Shown: positions 28,101 through 37,402 of the stretch, piece by piece | How the letters are laid out: each line of letters begins with the position of its first letter | Numbering within the stretch: the first letter of the stretch is position 1 | Origin: a virus | Taxonomy: Duplodnaviria > Caudoviricetes | Virus record (IMG/VR): IMGVR_UViG_3300024346_000005 | Strand: one strand, 5' to 3' | Length of the DNA stretch: 64,000 bases | Notes under the pieces: generated by a model | The model's database searches: none | What the model saw: the letters and a program-made list of their open reading frames with translations, nothing else | What the model was told of the DNA's origin: nothing | Program-made: the position numbers and the translations under genes

Positions 28101-28155
28101 GACAATCGCTGAACTGACACAGGGGGTTGACAAGGATTCCTTTTTGGTATATGAT
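28101..28155 (+). promoter_or_regulatory. Promoter cassette
   Basis: GACAATC-N4-AACTGACACA, TTGACA, TATGAT. Confidence 0.75.
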
Positions 28156-28204
28156 ACTCATATGCTCAATCAATTGATGGGCAATACACATCGCATTAAA
28201 CTAA

Positions 28205-29263
28205 ATGAAAAAAATTAAAGTTCACTCAGAGCAGGTTTTTCCTGTTCATCGTGTTGAGGTTACTTCTGAAGACGGACCTCAATACCCACTACTACAGTTA
28301 ATTGATGATAACTTCGTTCCACGATTAACTTCCAAAATCATTCCCACAACTGCCAATTATCCTCGAAAGACTGAACTTGCCAAGGGCAATCTGGATGTTC
28401 TGATCGCATCAACAAAGGAAGGATGGGCAGTAAGACAATGGCCATTTAGTGTATTTGTAGATGGCGATGGTAATGAGAGTTTGTTCGACCATCGACACCT
28501 TCTGAAGGCAGTAAAGGAAAACAACTATCACTCCGTTCCTGTTGCATTGTATGTGCGAAAGGATACTGGTAACGAACTTTACGACAATCTTTCTGACAAT
28601 TCTGCTTTAAGTTTGATGGGTTTGTATGCAAATGCAACGGATGGTACAGTAAATGCGGTTCAGAATGACTTTATCAACGTTGTGAAGTTGGTGATTGAAG
28701 ATGAGAGTCTTCCTCTGACTCGTGATGTTGTCGGGGAATTGCTAGATATCTGTGGCATTACTTCTCGGTATGCACATAAACCTGTCATCACGGCAATTGA
28801 AAATGCTATTCTGGATAGAAAGACTAAATCTACCAAGGTTTTTAACACTACCAAGGAAGAAATCAAGCAGTGGATTAAATCCAATCCGATGTTTGGTTCT
28901 AACAACTATTCCTCTGAAGATGGAGTTGCAACCCGACATAAGATTCTTGACTCCCAGTTCACTTATCGGTATGCTGGAGACATTCTCAAGTGGGCGATAT
29001 CTGCCTGGAGAAAGGGTGAAAAGGTTCGCGTAATCTGTAACAGCTACGCCGAGCACGAATCTGACATCGAAGCAGATCGCCAAGAGATTATCAAGGTTAT
29101 GGAAGAAGTGTTCCTCGGACCTATTAACTTCTACTGTGAGAAGATTCACGCACAGTTTGGTGGTATGATTACTCCTCCTACAGTGTCTCTTGATGAACTC
29201 CCGCTTGAATTGTGGGCAGCTCCTCAAATTGAAGGGGAAACTGAAGCAATTCAACTCCTCTGA
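28205..29263 (+). CDS. Hypothetical protein, possible ParB-like N-terminal region
   Basis: 352-aa ORF; FDHRHLLKA weakly resembles the ParB DG.HR motif. Confidence 0.6.
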   Translation: MKKIKVHSEQVFPVHRVEVTSEDGPQYPLLQLIDDNFVPRLTSKIIPTTANYPRKTELAKGNLDVLIASTKEGWAVRQWPFSVFVDGDGNESLFDHRHLLKAVKENNYHSVPVALYVRKDTGNELYDNLSDNSALSLMGLYANATDGTVNAVQNDFINVVKLVIEDESLPLTRDVVGELLDICGITSRYAHKPVITAIENAILDRKTKSTKVFNTTKEEIKQWIKSNPMFGSNNYSSEDGVATRHKILDSQFTYRYAGDILKWAISAWRKGEKVRVICNSYAEHESDIEADRQEIIKVMEEVFLGPINFYCEKIHAQFGGMITPPTVSLDELPLELWAAPQIEGETEAIQLL

Positions 29264-29318
29264 TCCACTTTCATAACTGGCACAGGGGGTTTTCAACGGA
29301 CCCCTTTCCTGCTATAAT
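29264..29318 (+). promoter_or_regulatory. Promoter cassette
   Basis: TCCACTT-N4-AACTGGCACA-28 nt-TATAAT; near-identical to 27432 copy. Confidence 0.8.
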
Positions 29319-29346
29319 ACACAAGTAACCAAAAGAGGAAACTCAA

Positions 29347-29481
29347 ATGAAGTATCGGGTGATTTTTATTGCCGGTAATCAACGCCAAACAGAAGAAGTA
29401 TATGCTAACAATCCTGCTGAGGCAAAAAAAGTTATTGAGGCACGAAATCTAAACGCCAGAGTTGTGAATGTCACATGCTGA
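29347..29481 (+). CDS. Small hypothetical protein (44 aa)
   Basis: MKYRVIFIAGNQRQTEEVYANNPAEAKK..., first ORF after cassette. Confidence 0.6.
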   Translation: MKYRVIFIAGNQRQTEEVYANNPAEAKKVIEARNLNARVVNVTC

Positions 29482-29729
29482 CCCCTAACATACCAAATAC
29501 TCCCAATTATGATATTCTGAATAATAAACCTTCAGACCCTGCTGGTTATGTGACTAAAGACGGGAAATGGGCAGCAGTTCCTTGGGGTAATAAGTTCGTT
29601 ATTATCTGTAATGGCGAACAGGTTCATACCTCAAATAACCTCACAACTGCCAAGGACTACATTCAGAAAAAAGTTAAACAGACTCCACGAAAGCGTACTA
29701 CATCATCCAGTCTTGAGGAATATCTATGA
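29475..29729 (+). CDS. Hypothetical protein
   Basis: ORF track; coupled to neighbours. Confidence 0.7.
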   Translation: MLTPNIPNTPNYDILNNKPSDPAGYVTKDGKWAAVPWGNKFVIICNGEQVHTSNNLTTAKDYIQKKVKQTPRKRTTSSSLEEYL

Positions 29730-29926
29730 AAAAACTTGTCTTTCTTCTTCCTCTTCTTTTCATTCAACCGGCATCGGCAAATGAAATGATGATTACTGTA
29801 AATGTGAATCGGGTTTGTGCCGCAATTGTGAACATTCCCTATGCCTCTGATAATTTTTCGGATGCTGAATTTCAAAAGTGGAAGAATTGTGTGGCATATC
29901 TTCGTCAGTTTGATGGAATTCAGTGA
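29726..29926 (+). CDS. Hypothetical protein with signal peptide
   Basis: MKKLVFLLPLLFIQPASA. Confidence 0.65.
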   Translation: MKKLVFLLPLLFIQPASANEMMITVNVNRVCAAIVNIPYASDNFSDAEFQKWKNCVAYLRQFDGIQ

Positions 29927-30129
29927 TGGAAGTATTTCAACAAACCTCTGATGCCCCATATAATCGTCATAACTACGAACTTGTCCTGAAAAGTGGCAAA
30001 ACCATATTTTTTGACGATTGGACGGGCGTTCAGGGGTATTGGTTCGTTCACAACCAAATCCCCGATTATTTGGATTATGTAAATGCCCTTGATAAAACTA
30101 AAAAGAAATCTAAGGCAGTCGGGTTCTAA
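29923..30129 (+). CDS. Hypothetical protein
   Basis: Coupled overlap. Confidence 0.65.
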   Translation: MMEVFQQTSDAPYNRHNYELVLKSGKTIFFDDWTGVQGYWFVHNQIPDYLDYVNALDKTKKKSKAVGF

Positions 30130-30156
30130 ATAGTGCCAATAAAGAGGTAATTTCAT

Positions 30157-30429
30157 ATGACACCTTTTCAATCTGCCTGTGTTGTAATATTCGGAATACT
30201 CGCATACCTGATATGGGTAGATGAAAATATTGCGATATATTTGACTCTTATCTTCAAAGTTATAAAAATCAATACCGAAAGAATGTTGTGGATGATAAGA
30301 CTTCATCCAAAAAATCCGATTACAAACCTGATGATGAAATGGAAGTATGAAAGACTCGCAAGAGAACTTCAGGCAGAAATGGAATGTAAAGCAACTGAAC
30401 TCAACAACAATAGCAAGATTATTGAGTGA
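30157..30429 (+). CDS. Hypothetical membrane protein
   Basis: N-terminal hydrophobic helix. Confidence 0.6.
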   Translation: MTPFQSACVVIFGILAYLIWVDENIAIYLTLIFKVIKINTERMLWMIRLHPKNPITNLMMKWKYERLARELQAEMECKATELNNNSKIIE

Positions 30430-30548
30430 GCTTGAGGGAGTTTCATACTTACTTGATTGTATTGATGAAGAAGACTTTGAAACCATAACTCAACTCAAGA
30501 AAAAATACTATAAGATGTATTTTTCTATGCTAAAATCGGAATGACTAA

Positions 30549-30604
30549 TCCAATTGAAGAACTGGCACAAGGCACTTGACCTTCCGAGTCAGGTGCCTTA
30601 TAGT
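30549..30604 (+). promoter_or_regulatory. Promoter cassette
   Basis: TCCAATT-N4-AACTGGCACA, AGGCAC/GTGCCT hairpin, TATAGT. Confidence 0.75.
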
Positions 30605-30633
30605 ATATACATACAAATCCAAAGCGATGACCT

Positions 30634-31440
30634 ATGGAAATGAAAATCAAAGTAGTCAGTGATTTACATTTAGAGTGTTGTGAGCACGGGCACGGAGTTC
30701 CTGACCTTGGAGAAGGTGAGGTTCTGATTCTTGGTGGAGACATTCTTTGTGCTCGTCACTTTAAGAAGGATGGACCTCTTAAGAAAGTTTATAATGACTT
30801 TCTACAAAAGTGTGTAAAGAACTTTGATGAGGTTCTGTATCTTGCGGGAAATCACGAAGCATATGGATACAACTATGAAGGAACTTGGGATGTTCTTGCA
30901 GAGCATCTACCAAAGGAAATTCATCTTGTAGAAAATGACTTTGTAAAAATCAAGGACTGGGTATTTCTTGGGACAACTCTATGGACTGATTTTCGTAATG
31001 AAAATGCTCTAGAGATGATGGAGGCAGCACAGTGTATGAATGATTATAAAGTCATTCGTATTGGTTCTAACTATCGCAAACTAACTACTGATGATACTCT
31101 CAAGTTTCATAAGAATTCCAAACTATTCCTTCAACAAAAGTTGGAAGAGTTTAAGGATACTAAAACCTGGGTTCTTACCCATCACGGACCATCTTATCAA
31201 TCGGTTCATCCAAAATACCGAAGTTCTGGTATTGCAAATGGTGCTTATGTAAGTGACCTTGATGATTTGATTTTGAATAATCCTCAAATCAAATGCTGGA
31301 GTCACGGTCATACACACGAAAGTATGGATTATATGATTGGTAATTGTAGAGTTGTATGTAATCCTCGTGGTTATTACAACGGATACAATAATGCAGACCT
31401 GAACATTAACTTTGACCCTAACTTTGAGGTAGAACTATGA
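30634..31440 (+). CDS. Calcineurin-like metallophosphoesterase
   Basis: SDLH, GGD, GNHE, THH, HGHTH motifs. Confidence 0.92.
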   Translation: MEMKIKVVSDLHLECCEHGHGVPDLGEGEVLILGGDILCARHFKKDGPLKKVYNDFLQKCVKNFDEVLYLAGNHEAYGYNYEGTWDVLAEHLPKEIHLVENDFVKIKDWVFLGTTLWTDFRNENALEMMEAAQCMNDYKVIRIGSNYRKLTTDDTLKFHKNSKLFLQQKLEEFKDTKTWVLTHHGPSYQSVHPKYRSSGIANGAYVSDLDDLILNNPQIKCWSHGHTHESMDYMIGNCRVVCNPRGYYNGYNNADLNINFDPNFEVEL

Positions 31441-31619
31441 AAGTAAAAACACTTGTGATACTAGAACAAGCGATTGAAGAAGGTGTGCGGCGTGGTTATC
31501 GTCGTGCTCATAAGCATATTGAGAACCCGACTGAAGAGTCTATCTGTGACCATATTGAAGAGTGTGTAATGGCACAAATTTACGAATACTTTACCTTTGA
31601 GGACGAAACTTATGTCTGA
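31437..31619 (+). CDS. Hypothetical protein
   Basis: ATGA overlap. Confidence 0.7.
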   Translation: MKVKTLVILEQAIEEGVRRGYRRAHKHIENPTEESICDHIEECVMAQIYEYFTFEDETYV

Positions 31620-31809
31620 ACGCTCACAAGCATTTATGAACGCAGTATGGGATTGTAGGAACAATCAAGGTGCTGATACTGAAGAGAAACTGGTTTCTGC
31701 AATCCTACAAGTTGCCGCAGAAACTGTAAGGTTTTATAATGCTCAAGACAATTTGATTGTTCTGGATAAAAATGATATGCTACAACTCGCACAGGAACTT
31801 GACGAATAA
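31612..31809 (+). CDS. Hypothetical protein (LA.ELE family)
   Basis: Shares pattern with 44332, 44535, 60114. Confidence 0.65.
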   Translation: MSERSQAFMNAVWDCRNNQGADTEEKLVSAILQVAAETVRFYNAQDNLIVLDKNDMLQLAQELDE

Positions 31810-31857
31810 TCAAAGTCTTGCTATGATAACTAAGTATCTGAACCACTTTGCCAATTT

Positions 31858-32049
31858 ATGATCAAACCCATTAAAGAAGAGTTTCCTCACGGAGATGGAT
31901 TTCCTATTAAAATAACTCATAAGGATGGTAAAGAACTAAAGGATTTCAAGACCTGCTATTTCCAGACCGAAGACCACGCTCAAAAGTACATTGCCCGTAA
32001 CAATTTCAAAAAGAAAGATTACACTATTATCTACAAGAACGAACAATGA
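31858..32049 (+). CDS. Hypothetical protein
   Basis: Behind TTGACG-17-TATGAT. Confidence 0.7.
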   Translation: MIKPIKEEFPHGDGFPIKITHKDGKELKDFKTCYFQTEDHAQKYIARNNFKKKDYTIIYKNEQ

Positions 32050-32154
32050 CCACACGCACTTATACTCAAAAAAACGAAAACCAATGGGAATGGGAAGAAA
32101 CTCCTGAAACCATTGAGGCACTTAAACAACTTCACGAAACAGTAAAAAAAGTAA

Positions 32155-32364
32155 ATGACGGAAAAAAAACTGATTGATGATTGCTTTTATATTGAAAAAG
32201 CAAGATGGGGTGTTTATCACTCTTATAATAAAGAAGAAAAACGACTCATTACATCACTGACCGAGGAAGGTTGTATTAATGCCACTAGGTACTATATGAA
32301 AGGTCTTCAAGAAGGATTTATGGAAGTAATTACTCATCAGGGAAGCGTGGATGGAAAACTCTGA
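32155..32364 (+). CDS. Hypothetical protein
   Basis: ORF track. Confidence 0.65.
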   Translation: MTEKKLIDDCFYIEKARWGVYHSYNKEEKRLITSLTEEGCINATRYYMKGLQEGFMEVITHQGSVDGKL

Positions 32365-32511
32365 TTATCCTTATCATACTCTGGACTCTACCACACCTTG
32401 GTATGAGTGGTTGTGCTACTCCGAAATTTGTCATCAACTGAATGTACCAAATCAACCAAGTGTCGGTAGATTTATGAGGTACAGACAATATCTTAAAGAA
32501 ATAGGAGTTTT

Positions 32512-32826
32512 GTGATGAGATTTAGATTATTTGATTGGTTTCTCAAAGATTATGAGATGCCTGACAAGTACAAACTTATCGTTTCTGATGAGCACGATAA
32601 TGAGTATTGTCTTGTAGGACTTTGTTCTTCTCTTGCCAAGCACGTTGCTATACTTGAAGAACGCATTACTACTCTGGAACAAAAGTATGAAGGTGCTCTT
32701 ATAGACATTAAGCGTCTTGAAGAAGAGAATGTAGAGACTACAAATTGTCTGTATGAAAATGCCAACTCTATAGATGCAGTTGATGCCCGTATAGATATTC
32801 TTGCCGAACATTATATGAATAAATAG
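32512..32826 (+). CDS. Hypothetical coiled-coil protein
   Basis: ORF track. Confidence 0.7.
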   Translation: MMRFRLFDWFLKDYEMPDKYKLIVSDEHDNEYCLVGLCSSLAKHVAILEERITTLEQKYEGALIDIKRLEEENVETTNCLYENANSIDAVDARIDILAEHYMNK

Positions 32827-32912
32827 TGATGCTTATTTGTGGTTATTTAAGCAGAATGGGGGCAGAAATGCTCCTTTCCTTGTATAAATAACTATAACCA
32901 CAAGTAAAGCAG
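32819..32912 (+). ncRNA. Putative antisense small-RNA module (copy 2)
   Basis: ATAAATA, antisense arm 32830-32846, GGGGC-AGAAAT-GCTCC terminator, TATAAATA 32883, target 32894-32911. Confidence 0.65.
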
Positions 32913-33513
32913 ATGGAATATTATACTTACGCTTATTTGCGTGAAGACGGCACACCTTATTATATTGGAAGGGGAAAGCATCAAAAAAAAATCAAAATAT
33001 AGAAGAATGAACACTAAATTTGGTCATAGTGTTTCTGTTCCAAATGAAAAAAGAAGAATTATACTAAAAGATAATCTTTCTCTTAACGATGCTAATAAAC
33101 ACGAAATTTATATGATTTTCATTTTCGGTAAAAAATATGACGGAACAGGTATATTGAGAAATCTTGTAGATGGTGGAACTGGTGGAGGTGTTGCTGGTAG
33201 AAAATTAAGTGAAGAAACAAAAAATAAAATAGGAAATGCAAATAGAGGTAAAACTCGTTCAGAAGAACATAGAAGAAAAAATGGTGAAGCAAAAAAAGGT
33301 AACACTAATTGGTTAGGTAAAACTCATTCAGAAGAAACTAAAGAAAAAATAAGAAATGTCCATAAAGGAAAACCATTTCCAGGAACTCATAATAATAATA
33401 AAGAAACAAAATGGTGGAATGATGGACAAATTAACAAAAGAAGTGTAGAATGTCCTGGTAAAGAATGGAAATCTGGAAGATTACCATTAAAACCCTATAA
33501 AAAGAGAAAATAA
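32913..33513 (+). pseudogene. GIY-YIG homing endonuclease split by a +1 frameshift in an A9 run
   Basis: ATG 32913 gives [26 protein letters not shown] then stop at 33000; rest continues in the +1 frame after A9 (32983-32991). Confidence 0.85.
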
Positions 33514-33514
33514 A

Positions 33515-33706
33515 ATGCCTTATGATAATTTAACAGAATATGAAAGAGCACTTGCCCGTTTTGGGGATAAAGTGGGTCTCATTGCGGGACTTGAAATATC
33601 TGATAAAATCTCACCTGAAGATGCGTATCAGCAAATCAAAATCTTATATAAAGAACTTAAGGCACTCCGTAAAGAAGAAAAGTCCGAGTGGAACACCCCA
33701 AACTAG
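33515..33706 (+). CDS. Hypothetical protein
   Basis: ORF track. Confidence 0.7.
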   Translation: MPYDNLTEYERALARFGDKVGLIAGLEISDKISPEDAYQQIKILYKELKALRKEEKSEWNTPN

Positions 33707-33798
33707 AGTCTGCTCCAAGTGTGGTGTAGAAAAACCACTTGACAAATCGAATTTTCAGGTGGTAAAATACTTTAAGCACAATTATTCTTATTACTGCA

Positions 33799-33987
33799 AT
33801 GAGTGTAACAAACCAAAACCAAGAGATTGATTCACTGAAAATTACTCAAAATGATGATGGGTCTTATGAAATGAGTTGGGACAAGGAAGACCCCAATTGG
33901 TCGTGGTTGAATAACTTGACAAGCAAAGAGATTCAGGTTATAGTACGAGAAGCAATCCAAGACAGACTGAACCAAAATGACGACTAA
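33799..33987 (+). CDS. Hypothetical protein
   Basis: ORF track. Confidence 0.65.
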   Translation: MSVTNQNQEIDSLKITQNDDGSYEMSWDKEDPNWSWLNNLTSKEIQVIVREAIQDRLNQNDD

Positions 33988-34549
33988 TTACCAAAAAATT
34001 TGGAATGTGATGAATGACCTAGAAATGGTCACCGCCAAAATTTCTTCTGCCCGTGAGATTTTGGATAGTGCTGTTGATAGACTTCAAGAGCATCAGTATG
34101 ATAAAGCAGAAACTCTTCTGTATGCTGCGGATGAATTTCTTCAGTATTACCTTGAAGACTTTGATAGGAAGTTTAAGGATGCCTGGAAAGAAACTGTAAC
34201 TAAAATCAATCAAGAAGAGACTGACGATTGTATGCCGCCTTGGGGGCACAGTGATTTGGAATATCTTTCTAATCTACCCCCAGAAGAACCTAAACAAGAT
34301 AAAGTAGTCAAGTGGCAACTTCCTGTTGAAGAAGGAACTGATTGTATAACCGGAGAGCAAGAATACTTTATCACATTCCCAGATGACTTGTTGGAAGCAG
34401 CAAATCTTTCTCCGGGTGATGAGGTGGAATGGGTGGATAATAATGATGGCAGTTTTCTTCTCCGCAAAATTACACAACCAAAAACTTATGATAAAATGGT
34501 TGCGGCAGGTTGGACTATGACTGCCGATGGTTTCTGGTTTAAAGAATGA
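33977..34549 (+). CDS. Protein with C-terminal AbrB/SpoVT-like DNA-binding domain
   Basis: YFITFPDDLLEAANLSPGDEVEWVDNNDGSFLLRK. Confidence 0.65.
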   Translation: MTTNYQKIWNVMNDLEMVTAKISSAREILDSAVDRLQEHQYDKAETLLYAADEFLQYYLEDFDRKFKDAWKETVTKINQEETDDCMPPWGHSDLEYLSNLPPEEPKQDKVVKWQLPVEEGTDCITGEQEYFITFPDDLLEAANLSPGDEVEWVDNNDGSFLLRKITQPKTYDKMVAAGWTMTADGFWFKE

Positions 34550-34702
34550 GAACCATTCAAACCTGTGGTGGATTTGATGGTGAAGTTTATAATATCACCA
34601 TTGCATTTGAGAAACAAGCAATTACCTTAGATGGACTTTCTAAGGATGATGTATTGGAACTAAAGTCCTGTATTGACTGTATGTTATTTGAGGAGGAAAA
34701 CG

Positions 34703-34933
34703 ATGGCACTATCACAATCAGTTGAAGAAAATTTAAAAGATGCAGAACAATCTTTGAGAGCAGCACTGGCATTTGCAGCACGACAAGAACGACCTATGAT
34801 ATGCTCAGTTATTGCTGATTTGATTAGTCGTATTGAATCAGTTCAAAATACTGATTCTATTCTGGATAAACTGGAGAATCGTAAATTTGGTGACACCGGA
34901 TTCTTTGGAACTATATTTGGAAAAGATGACTGA
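34703..34933 (+). CDS. Hypothetical protein
   Basis: GGAGG RBS before ATG 34703. Confidence 0.7.
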   Translation: MALSQSVEENLKDAEQSLRAALAFAARQERPMICSVIADLISRIESVQNTDSILDKLENRKFGDTGFFGTIFGKDD

Positions 34934-35297
34934 ACCTAACGAATTTGGTAAGATGCTAAAAGAATGGTGGGCGTCTGATGCCTGCAAAGAACTTCAGAAG
35001 TCAAATGAAGAGGCAAAGCAAAGAGCAATAGGTAAGTACTTTATGCTCTCTGAGTCTGATAAACTTGATATGGTCCAGGCAATCTGCTATATTATGTGTA
35101 AGGCAGAGAAAGAAGGAACCAGTCACAGAGGACTGCAAGATGCTCTGGGCATATATCCGGGCGGATTTTGGGTTTCGGAATTAATGACCGTACATAACTC
35201 ATTGTGGTCTTATTATCACGACCAAAAAGCAGAAAAGGAACTCAAAGATGATTTGGATGCTTTAGAGGAATTTGTTGAAAACAAAAGAGAATGTTAA
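34926..35297 (+). CDS. Hypothetical protein
   Basis: Coupled ATG 34926. Confidence 0.7.
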   Translation: MTEPNEFGKMLKEWWASDACKELQKSNEEAKQRAIGKYFMLSESDKLDMVQAICYIMCKAEKEGTSHRGLQDALGIYPGGFWVSELMTVHNSLWSYYHDQKAEKELKDDLDALEEFVENKREC

Positions 35298-35352
35298 GTT
35301 TCTACATAATATAAAGGATTTGTGTTAGAATCCTAACATTCTTATTAAACCC

Positions 35353-35538
35353 ATGACACTTCCCAAAACAAACTCAGAATATCTCACTCAAGAAGAGTGG
35401 AGAGAACTGAATGCTCTGAGAGAAGCAATTAATTACAATCCGAGTCAAGTTTGCCCACAAAAGATGGAAAAATTTACGGCATTATTTGTTAGGTCACTTT
35501 ATGGTAAAGGTGACTCTGTATCCTCACAAACAAAATAA
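35353..35538 (+). CDS. Hypothetical protein
   Basis: ORF track. Confidence 0.65.
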   Translation: MTLPKTNSEYLTQEEWRELNALREAINYNPSQVCPQKMEKFTALFVRSLYGKGDSVSSQTK

Positions 35539-35569
35539 AATAAATATTATATCTAATTTACCGAGTATT

Positions 35570-35782
35570 ATGAGTACAATCGATCAGCATATCGAAAAAG
35601 ACAAACAAGTTCTTGATGACCCAACAATTTCACCACAAAATCGTCGGCATACTTCAGAAGAATTAGAAGCACTGAAATCATATAAAGAAAATCATCCAGA
35701 AGATTCTCACGATCCGACACGACTTGAACTTTATTGTGATTCGCACCCTGATGCTCTAGAATGTAGAATGTATGATAATTGA
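35570..35782 (+). CDS. cp12: CP12 Calvin-cycle inhibitor (auxiliary metabolic gene)
   Basis: C-terminal DPTRLELYCDSHPDALECRMYD motif; 70 aa from ATG 35570; ATAAATA upstream. Confidence 0.9.
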   Translation: MSTIDQHIEKDKQVLDDPTISPQNRRHTSEELEALKSYKENHPEDSHDPTRLELYCDSHPDALECRMYDN

Positions 35783-35844
35783 TTGCAAGAGGTTTGACAA
35801 CCCTCTTTTTTTATGCTATGATTACATTCATATAGTGGGATATA

Positions 35845-36687
35845 ATGATTAAACCACCTCTCAAGTGGGCAGGAAACAAGTTTAGGGTCTTGCCCCATCT
35901 TTTACCTTTAATTGGAACACCCACCAGATATTGTGAACCTTTTGGTGGAAGTCTGTCTGTAGCACTAAACGTACAGGCATATGAATATATTCTAAATGAC
36001 ATTAATTCAGATCTGCATTCTCTTTATACAAATATTGATATTGAGTTTGTTTCTGATTGTGCCAAGATATTTGTGGACGATAATAATACAAGACAAAGGT
36101 ATATTGAAATTAGGAATAAGTTTAATTCCGAGACTGATGCCAGAGAGAGAGCTAAACTGTTCTTATACTTGAACAAACACGCCTTTAATGGTCTCTGTCG
36201 TTATAATTCTAAAGGTGAGTTTAATGTTCCCTATGGTAAGGAGAACAAGAACTCAAAGACTGGGGTAATAGAAAATACAAAGGCACACTTTCCCGAAAAA
36301 GAAATGTTGGACTTTATTGCCACATTTAATAATAGATGTGTTGAATTTACCAATACCACATTCTCCAACGAATTACTGTATGAATCTTTAGGAGAGGGTG
36401 ATGTTGTTTACTTTGACCCTCCCTATGTTCCCACATCTGAGACTTCTAACTTTACCAATTATGCAACAGATGGATTTACTCACGAACAACAGATTGAATT
36501 GAGAGATTTAGCAGAAACTCTGGCAAATCGTGGAATTAAGGTGATACTTTCTAATCACGATGTTCCCGTTACAAGAGAACTTTATAAAAATGCCAAAATC
36601 CATTCAATTCAGGTGTCAAGGTCCATTTCTGCAAAGAGTTCTAGCAGAAAAAAAGCAAGTGAACTGATTGCCGTGTGGCAGTCCTGA
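35845..36687 (+). CDS. dam: Dam-family DNA adenine methyltransferase
   Basis: LKWAGNK, EPFGG, DIN, YFDPPY, FNVPYG. Confidence 0.92.
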   Translation: MIKPPLKWAGNKFRVLPHLLPLIGTPTRYCEPFGGSLSVALNVQAYEYILNDINSDLHSLYTNIDIEFVSDCAKIFVDDNNTRQRYIEIRNKFNSETDARERAKLFLYLNKHAFNGLCRYNSKGEFNVPYGKENKNSKTGVIENTKAHFPEKEMLDFIATFNNRCVEFTNTTFSNELLYESLGEGDVVYFDPPYVPTSETSNFTNYATDGFTHEQQIELRDLAETLANRGIKVILSNHDVPVTRELYKNAKIHSIQVSRSISAKSSSRKKASELIAVWQS

Positions 36688-36732
36688 AACTGGCACAAGA
36701 CCCCCCGAATCCCCTGGTGGATGCCCTATAAT
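36688..36732 (+). promoter_or_regulatory. Promoter cassette (left direct repeat of R-M module)
   Basis: AACTGGCACA-29 nt-TATAAT. Confidence 0.85.
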
Positions 36733-36778
36733 TACAGAGTAAACAATCGAATTGACGGCAATCGTCAGAAAAACTGTT

Positions 36779-37402
36779 ATGGCAAATTTGAATCAATTTT
36801 TCAAAGAAATTCTTGAACTTAATTTTGTGTCTGGTGGATATCAAGTATCAGAACACGAAGTTTCTGTAGAAAATACTTTGATTTCTAATGGATTTTTAAA
36901 ATCAAAAATTAAAAAAATTACAAAATTACAACTCAAAAAAGCACTTAATGGTGGTGATATTCCTGAATTAAAAGAAGGAGAATATATTTCACAACCGACA
37001 GGAAAAAATTCCAGTCCGGATTTCATTGTAAGGTACAATGGTAAACTTTATTTTATTGAATGTAAATCATCCAACAAGACTTATCCCGTTTATAATGGTG
37101 GACTTCCAGGGGAAGAGTATATTTACATTTTTACAAGTAAAGAAACTAATGAGACTACAATTTTTTATGGTAAAGATGTGCTAAAATCAGAAAAGAGAGA
37201 ATTGTATTCAAAATTGCTTGTAGAACTAAATCAAATTCTGCATAAATATCAAAACATGCCAAAATGGGAAGATAAATCTCGTGGATTTGACTATTACATA
37301 AGAAATATGTACACTCAGAATGGTAGTGCTGAAAAAACTAATTATTTTAAACACGAAGGGAGATTAATCTGTGAACAAAACGTTCTCAATTCTATTAGGT
37401 GA
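36779..37402 (+). CDS. Putative type II restriction endonuclease (PD-(D/E)XK)
   Basis: SPDF...IECKS catalytic motif; overlaps a methyltransferase gene. Confidence 0.65.
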   Translation: MANLNQFFKEILELNFVSGGYQVSEHEVSVENTLISNGFLKSKIKKITKLQLKKALNGGDIPELKEGEYISQPTGKNSSPDFIVRYNGKLYFIECKSSNKTYPVYNGGLPGEEYIYIFTSKETNETTIFYGKDVLKSEKRELYSKLLVELNQILHKYQNMPKWEDKSRGFDYYIRNMYTQNGSAEKTNYFKHEGRLICEQNVLNSIR

